Shown: positions 41,798 through 51,817, counted from the first letter of the stretch. The stretch is DNA of 64,000 nucleotides from Bacillota bacterium (GCA_050952625.1 JBMNLH010000001.1:1344001-1408000); one strand, 5' to 3'. Notes: a model not told the origin generated them from the letters alone. A program made the numbers and translations.

Positions 41798-43537
41798 TAA
41801 TTATTTCCCCCTTTAATTTTAATTTTTTTAAAGTATACTTCTTTGAGGGCTATAAGCTTGTCTTATTCAAGACAAGTACGCTCCATCAAGTAATACCTTT
41901 AATGGACTCACTAATTGTAGCCGCCCAATGCGTTTAGTGACGCTATTGAGCTAACATGACTCCTAAAACAGGATGTCTGTTTGGAAAAGAGGGGTCGCCT
42001 CTTAATCCTTACCATAGTTATCTTTATGTTTTTCAACATGGCCGGCACAAATTTATGCAGGGGGTTATTGGGTCAGTTATCTTAGCAAAGATAAATCACG
42101 CCCAAAAGATTCAGGTTGTAACAACGTCAAGGCTTTGGCCTACATTAGTCGAAGGTATGTAGAAATTGAGGTTTGCTCAAAGGCAATCCTTAAATACTGC
42201 AGGTGACCGCCAGATTGGCTATACCGTTTAGTAACAGGTATTGTTCCGTGTTACCAAATATCGTTAGAAAACCAGCATCTTGTCTGTTGCTAATATGAAT
42301 GTCCAGCTGATTTTCCGCTCGTTATCAGGCATAGAGGTATTCCTCATTAACTGTGTCGGTGTGTTGGATATCCGGTTCTTGCCTTATCCTTACGGTAGAA
42401 CCTTCCCTTCAACTAAGTACCCACACCTCCTTTCCTGGCCTGAGCACAATGAAAATTATAAATAATCTAATCTTCACCGGCTTTTTCCTCGGGTGTTCTC
42501 TAACCTGATTTTGAGACCGGCCGCCTTTGGGATCAATAATTCATTAGCGGATATATAGCGGGTTATATAAGGGGATTATTTAAATTATTTTCAGTTCTAT
42601 AATAGACAAACAATAAGTTACAAATAAGTCATGTGTTACTTTGTACCTTAAAAACTTAATTAACAAAAATCATTAAAATTGGTAGACCCCATAGAATATA
42701 CTGATGTGATTATCCATTTTTGGTATCTTATATAACTATAGCATTTTGACTGAACTTGTCAACCTCTGAGGGTATTGTCGAAATTATCTAACTTGTGTAA
42801 TGCTTTAGTAAATTACAAAAAATATAATTGCAAAATTTATTTTAATAACAATTATGCTAATGTCATAAAATCAACTTTAAAAGGCGAAATAAATATACAT
42901 TTGTCGTTTATTGTTGAAAAACTTATGAATGTTCAAAGTTGTATAGCAAATATCAAATTTTCTACTTTACAGACGCTTTTAGATTTGTTAAAATGAAGGC
43001 AACTATTACGGGACAAGCTTTAAAGATATTCCTAACCAATCTTACTTCTATATTTACTTCTATAAAATAAACGCTCTCTTTTTCAACTACTTTAAACCAC
43101 TACTTAAATCCCATCTATATAGAAATATTCACATTATAGAAATATTCACATTATTTTTTGCTAAAAACTTAATTCTAAAGAATATGCACTTTGCATAGCC
43201 TGGAAATATCAATAATTGACTCCATATTTCATTCTTGAAATTGTTTAGGCTATTTTAACACCTAATCTTGACACGGATGAATATTCAAAAGATTCATGTT
43301 TGAAACACTACTTCTGGCATTTCCTCAGCTTACGATGCTTCTATATTAGTCAAATTTACTTACTAGCCAGATTTACTCAAAATAATCTTCTGATTAATCA
43401 ACTACTTTGATATATCCATCTAAATATCCATCTAAAATCAGCGAAAGGAGATGATGCGACTGTAATCCTTTCCGCAATGACTAGGCCTTATCTATTCCAA
43501 AGGTAACCCTAAATAATTATTTTATGGAGGTGTTTGT

Positions 43538-44887
43538 ATGTCATTTTATGACGAGTATCGTTCTAAACTGGTTACCGCTGAAGAGGCAGTAAAAATTGTT
43601 AAAGATGGTGACTGGATAGACTATGGTTTTGGCCATACCAACCCCTATGCTTTGGACAAGGCATTAGCAGCCCGGAAAGACGAACTTAAAGATATCAAAT
43701 TCAGACACTGCTTGAGCCTTCGGGTGCCGGAAGTATGTAAAGTGGACCCGAACCGCGAGACCTTTTTCTTCTCTAACTGGCATTTCAGTGGGGCTGACCG
43801 TAAACTGCATGATCAAGGTTTAATGAACTACATTCCCATGATTTTCCGCAATAAGCCTCTGTTTTATCGCAAAAGTATCTATATGGATGTAGATGTAGCT
43901 ATGTTCCGGGTTACTCCCATGAATAAGCATGGCTACTTCAACCTACATTGCGGAGTAGCTGCTGGTCGGGCAACTATTGAGAATGCTAAAAAGGTCATTC
44001 TCGAAGTAAATACTAAAACACCGGGACTTCCATGGGCATTGGGCGGCCGCGAAGAGTGCATTCATATTTCCGAGGTAGATTATATCGTCGAAGCTGAATC
44101 CCCAATTGAGGTTATCCCGCCGGCAACCCCTACAGAAATTGACAAAAAGATAGCCCAGTATATAGTGGAGCAAATCCCGAACGGTGCCTGCATTCAACTC
44201 GGGATCGGCGGAATGCCCAACGTAGTCGGCACCCTACTCGCCGAATCTGATCTGAAAGACCTTGGCTGTCAAACTGAAATGCTGGTTGATGCCTATTACC
44301 ATATGTACCAGGCTGGCAAATTGACTAATAAGCATAAAGGGATTGATACCGGCAAAGCAACTTATGCTTTTGCCGCCGGTAGTCAGTTCCTGTATGACTG
44401 GATGGACAACAATCCTTCTTTGGCTACTTATGCAGTTAACTACACCAATAACCCTTATAACATAGCTGCTAATGACAATGCCATCGCGATCAATAACTGC
44501 GTCGAGGTTGATCTCTATGGCCAAATCTCCTCCGAATCTTCCGGACCGCGGCACATTAGCGGTACTGGCGGTCAATTAGACTTTACCACTGGGGCCTATA
44601 TGTCTAAAGGCGGCAAAGCCTTCATCTGTTGTACTTCCAGCTTTACGGATAAACAAGGCAACCTGAAATCTCGAATCGTTCCCATGTTACCGCAGGGTTC
44701 AATCGTCACAGTTCCCCGAACCCAAGCCCACCTCATTGTGACTGAGTATGGTATCGCTGATCTGGCTGGTCGGAACACCTGGGAGCGGGCAGAGCGCCTG
44801 ATTAACATCGCACACCCGGATCTACGGGATGAACTGGTTCAGGCAGCGGAGAAATTAGGTATTTGGAAAAAGTCCAATAAAATTTAG
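43538..44887 (+). CDS. Acyl-CoA:acetate CoA-transferase (butyryl-CoA:acetate / acetyl-CoA hydrolase family), copy 1
   Basis: [28 protein letters not shown] and IAHPDLR motifs. Confidence 0.92.
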   Translation: MSFYDEYRSKLVTAEEAVKIVKDGDWIDYGFGHTNPYALDKALAARKDELKDIKFRHCLSLRVPEVCKVDPNRETFFFSNWHFSGADRKLHDQGLMNYIPMIFRNKPLFYRKSIYMDVDVAMFRVTPMNKHGYFNLHCGVAAGRATIENAKKVILEVNTKTPGLPWALGGREECIHISEVDYIVEAESPIEVIPPATPTEIDKKIAQYIVEQIPNGACIQLGIGGMPNVVGTLLAESDLKDLGCQTEMLVDAYYHMYQAGKLTNKHKGIDTGKATYAFAAGSQFLYDWMDNNPSLATYAVNYTNNPYNIAANDNAIAINNCVEVDLYGQISSESSGPRHISGTGGQLDFTTGAYMSKGGKAFICCTSSFTDKQGNLKSRIVPMLPQGSIVTVPRTQAHLIVTEYGIADLAGRNTWERAERLINIAHPDLRDELVQAAEKLGIWKKSNKI

Positions 44888-44962
44888 TAGTTTAATTTAT
44901 GTTTAATGAGTTAATAGAACATATTTTTGGCTGAATGTAAATAGTTTATTACAATATTTCAT

Positions 44963-44998
44963 AAAAAAGACCTTGGCGTTAACGCTAAGGTCTTTTTT
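44963..44998. terminator. Intrinsic terminator
   Basis: AAAAAAGACCTTGGCG-TTAA-CGCTAAGGTCTTTTTT. Confidence 0.8.
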
Positions 44999-45549
44999 AT
45001 GATTGCACTATTCATTAAAATAAGACATCCGTTGATTAAATGCTAGTTAACTACAACTAATTTTATATAAGTGATCAGAAATAATAAATATAGAGTTCTT
45101 CCGAGTACTTTACACACTCCAGTGAATTCTGGTAAAATGAATTCTGAAAGGTTCTATCTAATTAAGGTTTATTGGGTCGAATATTGTCGAAACATTCCTT
45201 TATATTTTAGTATCACTTAAGTGATTAGATTATTAGATTAATGAAGACTCATCTTTCAATAACCAATCCAGTTTAATATTTAATATACAAGCATTCTAAA
45301 ATAGCTCCAATGTAAAAAGCTAAAATGAATATAGTTTTATTTGTCCCTAAACATAGTGCTTTTTGATAATCATCTTTTCTTTTCTCACAATGCATTCCTT
45401 ATTCAAATAGTCGGTGGTGTTACAAACATAAAACGATCCAAAAATATGAAAAAGGAGGTGCGCGAGTCAGGGTTTTTTATTTCCTTTAATTGCAGCAACA
45501 TCATAATACGACTGCATAACTTACCCAAAATTTACGGAGGTGCAAAAAA

Positions 45550-46893
45550 TTGGCTTACACAAGTGAGTACAAATCTAAATTAGTCAGTGCTGAAGTAGCA
45601 GCAAAAGTCGTTAAATCTGGAGACTGGGTAGATTACAGTTTTGGTCATTGCCAACCTTATGCTTTTGACAAAGCCCTGGCTGCCCGTAAAGAAGAATTAA
45701 AAGACATCAAAGTCCGCGGGGTCCTTACTCTACGCCCTTCTGCTTTACTTGAAGCAGATCCAGAAGGTGCGGTCTTTACCGTTTCCAACTGGCATTTTAC
45801 CGGCTACGACCGTAAAATGAGTGACCAGGGTTTAACCTACTATCACCCCATGGTCTTTCGCAACCAGCCCCATTTTTATCGTAAACAACTGGCCAATGAA
45901 GTCGATGTAGCAGTATTAAGAGTACCCCCGATGAATAAAGCTGGTTTCTTCAACTTCCATTTGGCTAATGCGTCCAGCCGGGCTATTTGCGATGTCGCCA
46001 AAAAGATTATTGTTGAAGTAAATCCAAAGCTTCCGTGGTGTTATGGCGGCGCAGAAGAATGTGTTCACATCTCCGAAGTTGACTACATCATCGAACATGA
46101 ATCCCCGGTAGAAACCATCGGGGCGGCAACTCCGACTGAAGTTGATAAAAAGATTGCTGCACTGATTGTGGAACAAATTCCGAATGGTGCTTGCATTCAG
46201 CTCGGAATCGGCGGCATGCCCAACGTTGTAGGTACGTTAATTGCCGAGTCTGATCTGAAAGACCTCGGCTGCCAGACTGAAATGATGGTCGATGCTTATT
46301 ACCATATGTATCAAGCTGGTAAATTAACCAATAAATATAAAGGAGTCGACAAAGGCAAGGCTACCTTCGGTTTTGCTGCCGGCAGTCAATTCCTTTATGA
46401 CTGGATCGACTGCAACCCATCCGTCGTTACTTATTCGGTAGGCTATACCAACGATCCTTATGTAATGGCGGCCAATGACAATATGATGTCTATCAACAAT
46501 TGTTTAGAGATTGACCTTTATGGTCAGGTATCCTCTGAGTCTTCCGGAACCCGTCATATCAGTGGTACTGGCGGACAGCTTGACTTCCACACCGGTGCCT
46601 ATATGTCTAAGGGCGGCAAAGGCTTTATCTGCTGTACCTCCAGCTTTAAAGATAAAGAGGGCAATCTCAAATCCCGAATTGTCCCGAGTCTACCCGTCAA
46701 TTCAATAGTTACTGTGCCTCGGACCCTCGGCCATATCTACGTTACTGAGTATGGTATGGCAGAAGTAGCCGGCCGGTCTACTTGGGAGCGGGCAGAAAGA
46801 CTAATCAACATTGCTCACCCAGATCTCCGCGACGAACTAATTAAAGAAGCGGATAAGATGAATATCTGGCGCCGCAGCAATAAGATTGCTTAG
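45550..46893 (+). CDS. Acyl-CoA:acetate CoA-transferase, copy 2
   Basis: Tandem paralog of 43538-44887; TTG start after GGAGG. Confidence 0.92.
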   Translation: MAYTSEYKSKLVSAEVAAKVVKSGDWVDYSFGHCQPYAFDKALAARKEELKDIKVRGVLTLRPSALLEADPEGAVFTVSNWHFTGYDRKMSDQGLTYYHPMVFRNQPHFYRKQLANEVDVAVLRVPPMNKAGFFNFHLANASSRAICDVAKKIIVEVNPKLPWCYGGAEECVHISEVDYIIEHESPVETIGAATPTEVDKKIAALIVEQIPNGACIQLGIGGMPNVVGTLIAESDLKDLGCQTEMMVDAYYHMYQAGKLTNKYKGVDKGKATFGFAAGSQFLYDWIDCNPSVVTYSVGYTNDPYVMAANDNMMSINNCLEIDLYGQVSSESSGTRHISGTGGQLDFHTGAYMSKGGKGFICCTSSFKDKEGNLKSRIVPSLPVNSIVTVPRTLGHIYVTEYGMAEVAGRSTWERAERLINIAHPDLRDELIKEADKMNIWRRSNKIA

Positions 46894-46948
46894 ATAGCAT
46901 CTTTTGGTTAAGCCTTAAACAGTTTATAGTTTCCGGCAAATGTAAATT

Positions 46949-46991
46949 GAAACCCTCCCGATGGACATGCCAAAGTCTCTGGGAGGGTTTC
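46949..46991. terminator. Hairpin terminator between convergent genes
   Basis: GAAACCCTCCC...GGGAGGGTTTC stem. Confidence 0.65.
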
Positions 46992-47056
46992 TTCCATGTT
47001 AATCGCTTATGCCCGCAAGTCACAACCACTAATGAAAATAGCGGATAGGCTAATAA

Positions 47057-48250
47057 TCACTTACGTCGTCGGACACTACCTAGAAAGCCTTTACAGATAA
47101 CCATCGGAGTAGCCGCATCTGCAGAACCGCTGACCAAATCCGCCAAACTGGCGATTATATCTTCTACCCGGCGCGGTGTAGTCCCTTCGGTCTCTAAACT
47201 GTCCCGGGCAAACTCGACGCCCATCTTCGCTTGTAAATTTTCCTCAATTTCTTGCAAGGATTTTCCCTCGGCAAAGCAACTGTCAACAACATACTTATAT
47301 TTAAAACCATCCCTATAAAATCCACGCAGTTTTGAAGTCACCCCAAACGCCGTTAAAGGATCAGCCAATTCATAGATCCCGGTTGAGGGATCTCGATAAG
47401 CCCCATCACCGTAAATTATAACTTCCACTTGCTTATTCAATCCCTTAACGACTCTCTGTTGTATTTCCTCTGCCACCAGATCCGCTTGGCGTGGGGCAAG
47501 TTTAAGATGATCGCCGGCCGAAAGATTACTGCCTAAAACCCCCCATTCAGACCAAACTGGGCCTGTTGAACAAATTTCCTGCAGGGTTATTGAATTTGGC
47601 ACGACGGATTCTATCTTTGATCTAGTCCGATCACGCTTATGGATATCCGCAACAATGACCCCTTCTACCTCAAACTCACCGATCCTAATCGGGTCATTGC
47701 ATAAAAAAATCTCAGATCGCGCACCCTCACCCTTAATAATTTCGCTGTAAAGCTGAATATAATCAACTCCGGTAATTGGATGACGGTAATTTGCAGCTAA
47801 AGCTTCCTCTTGGGTTATAACATCACCAAATCTTTTACCAAGAGAATCACAATAATCATCGGGCAAAAGCCGGTTGCCCACTTCATCGGTAGGATAAGAA
47901 AGTTGAACAATTACTTCACCTTGGGGTACAGCTGCGGCAATTCCCTTTAAGATCAAAGAAAAACGATTACGACTAAGAATAGGAAATAAGACACCAACCC
48001 GGCTAGATAAATTCAGGTTTAATTTATCTCTAACCTGATTGGCGATATCCTTCACCGAGACAAAGTTTCCTTGGGACCGAGCAACTACTGATTCAGTTAC
48101 ACAAATAACATCGCCATCATCTAGCAACCCATCCCGATCAACCTGTTGTAATGAGTCATAAACCATGTCTACTAAATCGCTACCTGGCAGGATAACTCCC
48201 ATCTTAATCCCAAAGGCGACCACGCCCAGGTAATCCGGTAACTTCTGCAA
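47057..48250 (-). CDS. F420-0:gamma-glutamyl ligase (CofE)-like protein, Bacillota type
   Basis: CVTESVVARSQGN, YGDGAYRDP, GTTPRR and SLADLVSGS motifs; TTG start after AGGAGG. Confidence 0.8.
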   Translation of the reverse strand: MQKLPDYLGVVAFGIKMGVILPGSDLVDMVYDSLQQVDRDGLLDDGDVICVTESVVARSQGNFVSVKDIANQVRDKLNLNLSSRVGVLFPILSRNRFSLILKGIAAAVPQGEVIVQLSYPTDEVGNRLLPDDYCDSLGKRFGDVITQEEALAANYRHPITGVDYIQLYSEIIKGEGARSEIFLCNDPIRIGEFEVEGVIVADIHKRDRTRSKIESVVPNSITLQEICSTGPVWSEWGVLGSNLSAGDHLKLAPRQADLVAEEIQQRVVKGLNKQVEVIIYGDGAYRDPSTGIYELADPLTAFGVTSKLRGFYRDGFKYKYVVDSCFAEGKSLQEIEENLQAKMGVEFARDSLETEGTTPRRVEDIIASLADLVSGSADAATPMVICKGFLGSVRRRK

Positions 48251-48451
48251 AATTTGTTCCCTCCTACGTCTAACTATAACTTCATCTTTACGCAGGCTTC
48301 CTGGAATAACCCCATAGGAAATATAACCCAAAGGCTTCAATAATACAACCATAAATTATTGGAAGCTCAAAAGTATACTGTGGACCCTGGACAAAGGAAA
48401 AGTCAACCGCTTATTAACGGCCGACTTATTAAGTACTAGATCACATTGGTG

Positions 48452-49030
48452 TTAGACTGCTACCTGCTCATTGGCTTGATATCGAACGTACTCTGCTCCC
48501 ACCTCTAAAGCATTTCGATTTAAGGGAAGCAGGTGGTGTTTGGCATCCGGCAAAACACTTTTCAGACACTCAATCACTGAGTCAATCTTCACCACTTTTG
48601 TAACTTCTATTAGTGCTCCCAGCATAACCATATTAGCAACTTTAGAATTACCCAATTGACTAGATAGTTCATTCGCTGGGACTAAAAAAGCTTGTACATC
48701 CTTTCGTTGTGGTGCCAAATCTACAAGAGATGCATTAACTATTAATACCCCGCCTGCCCTGACCTGTTTTTCAAATCGCTCTAAAGAAGGCCGATTCATA
48801 ATAATTGCTGCATCCGGAAATTCGAATACTGGAGAATCAATCTCTTCCTGGCTGATGGTAACCAGACAATTAGCTGTTCCTCCTCTCATTTCCGGGCCAT
48901 ATGAAGGTATCCACGAAACCTCATTTTCTTCGACCATTCCCGCACTAGCTAAAAACTGACCCATTGATAAAACTCCCTGCCCGCCAAATCCAGCCAGGAG
49001 AATTGTCTTAAATTCCCTTAACTTGACCAT
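48452..49030 (-). CDS. 2-oxoacid:ferredoxin oxidoreductase gamma subunit
   Basis: AGFGGQG, PSYGPEMRGGTA and NMVMLG motifs. Confidence 0.93.
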   Translation of the reverse strand: MVKLREFKTILLAGFGGQGVLSMGQFLASAGMVEENEVSWIPSYGPEMRGGTANCLVTISQEEIDSPVFEFPDAAIIMNRPSLERFEKQVRAGGVLIVNASLVDLAPQRKDVQAFLVPANELSSQLGNSKVANMVMLGALIEVTKVVKIDSVIECLKSVLPDAKHHLLPLNRNALEVGAEYVRYQANEQVAV

Positions 49031-49077
49031 AGCTCCTGCTCCTTTCGTAATTCTTGAACAGATTTATACAACTATTG

Positions 49078-49809
49078 TTAATTTTTTATATCGCCGAGAG
49101 GAAAATAGGCAATCATCTTTTGCGCCAACCATTTAGTCGACTCCACCGGACTCATCCCCCAGTTAGTAGGGCAGGTGGATAAAAATTCAACCAGGGAAAA
49201 GCCTCTACCCTCTAACTGGGCAGTAAATGCCCGCTTAATTGCTCTTTTCGCTTTGATGACGTGAGGAGCGTCATGAACCGAAACCCGGGCAATATAGGCT
49301 GCGCCATCTAAAGTAGCCAGCATCTCCGCTACTCGAAGAGGGTGACCATGAGTCTCAACTCTTCGACCTTGTGGTGAAGTAGTGGTTACTTGGCCCAGGA
49401 GACTTGTTGGAGCCATTTGTCCGCCGGTCATGCCATAAACCGCGTTATTTACAAAAATAGTGGTAATTAGCTCTCCCCGCGTAGCGGCATGGACTATCTC
49501 GGCAGTTCCGATCGAGGCCAAATCTCCATCTCCTTGGTAAGTGAAAACCACCCGATCAGGCAGTGCCCGTTTAATACCAGTAGCTACTGCGGGTGCCCGG
49601 CCGTGAGCTGCCTGCTGCATATCGACATTAAAATATTGGTGAGATACGACCGAACAGCCAACCGGACATACTCCCACTGTGTCTTCCCGGATATTCAATT
49701 CATCAATTACTTCTGCTACTAGACGGTGAATGATGCCGTGACCACAGCCGGGACAAAAATGAAGTGATTTTTCAGTTAAAGCCTTAGGTCGGCTAAAAAC
49801 CGTCACCAT
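49078..49809 (-). CDS. 2-oxoacid:ferredoxin oxidoreductase beta (TPP-binding) subunit
   Basis: CPGCGH, GDGD...NN, YGMTGGQ and CPTNW motifs. Confidence 0.93.
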   Translation of the reverse strand: MVTVFSRPKALTEKSLHFCPGCGHGIIHRLVAEVIDELNIREDTVGVCPVGCSVVSHQYFNVDMQQAAHGRAPAVATGIKRALPDRVVFTYQGDGDLASIGTAEIVHAATRGELITTIFVNNAVYGMTGGQMAPTSLLGQVTTTSPQGRRVETHGHPLRVAEMLATLDGAAYIARVSVHDAPHVIKAKRAIKRAFTAQLEGRGFSLVEFLSTCPTNWGMSPVESTKWLAQKMIAYFPLGDIKN

Positions 49810-49827
49810 ATCCTTTTTCCTCCTGAT

Positions 49828-50925
49828 TTAGGCGTTCGCAACTTCAGCCAGAGCTTCTTCATGCTTGGCACAGCCACTTCGTCGAGCAAGATCCATCAAT
49901 GTTTCATATATCTCAAATGGATTCGGCACTACAGATATTCGTCCGTAAAACTCCACTGGCAGTTCATTACCAATCGCTAGCCGAACATCTTCTATCATTT
50001 GGCCTAGACTCATTTCTACTACCAGAAAGGCTCGAGCGTTTTGCGCCGCCTTAACAACCGCTTCAACCGGAAATGGCCATAAGCTAATTGGTCTTAACAG
50101 CCCCGCCTTAATCCCGGCTTCTCTAGCCAAACGAATTGCCCTTCGGCATACCCTAGCCGAAATTCCGTAAGCAACCACGACGATCTCTGCGTCTTCAATC
50201 AAATAACTAGCATACCGTTTCTGCTCAGTCGCCATTTGCTCCCATTTTTTGGCCAGTTGTCGGTTATGCTTTTCTAAATCTTCCCCACGCATATAAAATG
50301 AAAAAATCTCGTTATGTTCTCGACCACGGGCACCCGTTGTGGCCCAAAGTTTCTCGACCTCTGGATGAGGACAGCTGGGGAATGAAACAGCTTCCATCAT
50401 CTGACCCAGCATTCCATCACCTAAAATCATTACTGGATTACGATACCGGTCGGCTAAAGCAAAGGCCTCCCAGGTTAAATTAATAATCTCCTGAACCGAA
50501 GCTGGGGCCAGGACCAGTAACCGATAGTCGCCATGCCCTCCACCTCGGGTAGATTGAAAATAATCTGACTGACCGGGCTGGATACTACCTAGACCCGGGC
50601 CGCCTCGCATCATATTAATAATTACCGCTGGCAGTTCCGCGCAAGCTAAATAGGAGATTCCCTCCTGTTTTAGACTTATTCCAGGACTAGAGGAGGAAGT
50701 CATAACGCGGGCTCCAGCACCGGCTGCACCATAAACCATATTAATGGCGGCAACCTCACTTTCAGCCTGTAAGAAGACTCCTCCTACCTCGGGCATTCGC
50801 CTAGCTAAGTATTCAGGCAATTCGCTCTGGGGAGTAATGGGATAACCGAAAAAGCAACGGCACCCGGCCCGGATGGCTGCTTCGCCGATAGCTTCATTCC
50901 CCTTCATTAAGACTTTGCGAGTCAT
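49828..50925 (-). CDS. 3-methyl-2-oxobutanoate dehydrogenase (ferredoxin) alpha subunit (VorB-type)
   Basis: MKGNEAI, GYPITPQ, SSSSPG, RGGPGLG and GGGHGDY motifs; ATG 50925. Confidence 0.92.
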   Translation of the reverse strand: MTRKVLMKGNEAIGEAAIRAGCRCFFGYPITPQSELPEYLARRMPEVGGVFLQAESEVAAINMVYGAAGAGARVMTSSSSPGISLKQEGISYLACAELPAVIINMMRGGPGLGSIQPGQSDYFQSTRGGGHGDYRLLVLAPASVQEIINLTWEAFALADRYRNPVMILGDGMLGQMMEAVSFPSCPHPEVEKLWATTGARGREHNEIFSFYMRGEDLEKHNRQLAKKWEQMATEQKRYASYLIEDAEIVVVAYGISARVCRRAIRLAREAGIKAGLLRPISLWPFPVEAVVKAAQNARAFLVVEMSLGQMIEDVRLAIGNELPVEFYGRISVVPNPFEIYETLMDLARRSGCAKHEEALAEVANA

Positions 50926-50960
50926 ATTATAACCCCCCGTTATAACAATAACTGTTCTGT

Positions 50961-51066
50961 GGGACACGGGGACAGGTTTACTGCCCCGGGTAGTCGACTA
51001 CTACTCAAAACACTTGCATTCGTGTTTTAACTCGGTCCGCAGGTTAGACAGGGAACGTGAATAAAT
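50961..51066 (-). repeat. Dispersed structured element family B, copy 3 (inside the oxidoreductase operon)
   Basis: GGGACAG-GTTTA-CTGCCCC plus an AAAACAC/GTGTTTT hairpin; aligns over ~100 nt with copy 1. Confidence 0.75.
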
Positions 51067-51155
51067 GATGTAAGCTGCCAATCGCTATCCTTCGTTGATG
51101 CACTGCGTAATCATAATCCTTCATGCTCTGATAGTGTGTCAAGCAGCATGGAGGT

Positions 51156-51368
51156 CTAGGCTGTTTCTTTAAAGATTTCTATGACCAGATCGGGACACAT
51201 CCGAGCACACAGCGCGCAACCGGTACACTTTGAGGAATCATTAAGGACAACCGAGTTATACCCTAAAGCATTCACCTTACTCCCAACTATCAAAAGACCT
51301 TTAGGACAGGCTGCCGCACATAAACCACACCCCTTGCAAGATTGATCCCGGATTATCATTTGAACCAT
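51156..51368 (-). CDS. 2x[4Fe-4S] ferredoxin (oxidoreductase delta subunit)
   Basis: CKGCGLCAAACP and CTGCALCARMCP motifs. Confidence 0.93.
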   Translation of the reverse strand: MVQMIIRDQSCKGCGLCAAACPKGLLIVGSKVNALGYNSVVLNDSSKCTGCALCARMCPDLVIEIFKETA

Positions 51369-51453
51369 CTGGTTATCCCCCTCATCTATTCTAAAAAGTT
51401 AATGAATAGATCATTTAATTTTGCTTAAGAATCAACAAAAACTATACTTGCGA

Positions 51454-51724
51454 AATAAAAAACCTCTCATCCCTAACAAGGGACGAGAGGTATTACTCCC
51501 GCGTTACCACCCAAATTGCCACTCAATAACAGTGACCACCTTGACATGTGACCATCATCACATCGCATTTTAACGGACGCACGCCGACCTGACTTACTTG
51601 GTTAATCCCGTTCAGTTGGTAACTCCGGGAGGATATCACATATTACCATGGTACTGGGATCACAGCCTCCCCAGCTCTCTGAGACCACTTCCGTAATACG
51701 CAACTAATTCCCATCACAGTCTTA
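51454..51724 (-). ncRNA. T-box riboswitch, Ile (AUC) specifier
   Basis: Minus strand: GA-motif (ACTGTGAT...GGAGT), AGAGA and GGCTGTGA loops, specifier loop GAT-ATC-C, T-box AATTTGGGTGGTAACGCG, then terminator CCTCTCGTCCC...GGGATGAGAGG-T6. Confidence 0.92.
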
Positions 51725-51748
51725 ATCACTATTTAATTAATATCTTGT

Positions 51749-51777
51749 ATAATACCTGATTATCTTCTTCATGTCAA
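51749..51777 (-). promoter_or_regulatory. Sigma-A promoter of the T-box/oxidoreductase operon
   Basis: TTGACA-17 nt-TATTAT. Confidence 0.75.
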
Positions 51778-51817
51778 GCACAATTAACAGCGTTGCGGAG
51801 CTGAACATTTCCTGAAG

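Noticed and set aside
41956-42996. Short plus-strand ORFs in the large intergenic gap
   Set aside because: No RBS or recognisable motifs; composition fits non-coding leader/promoter DNA.
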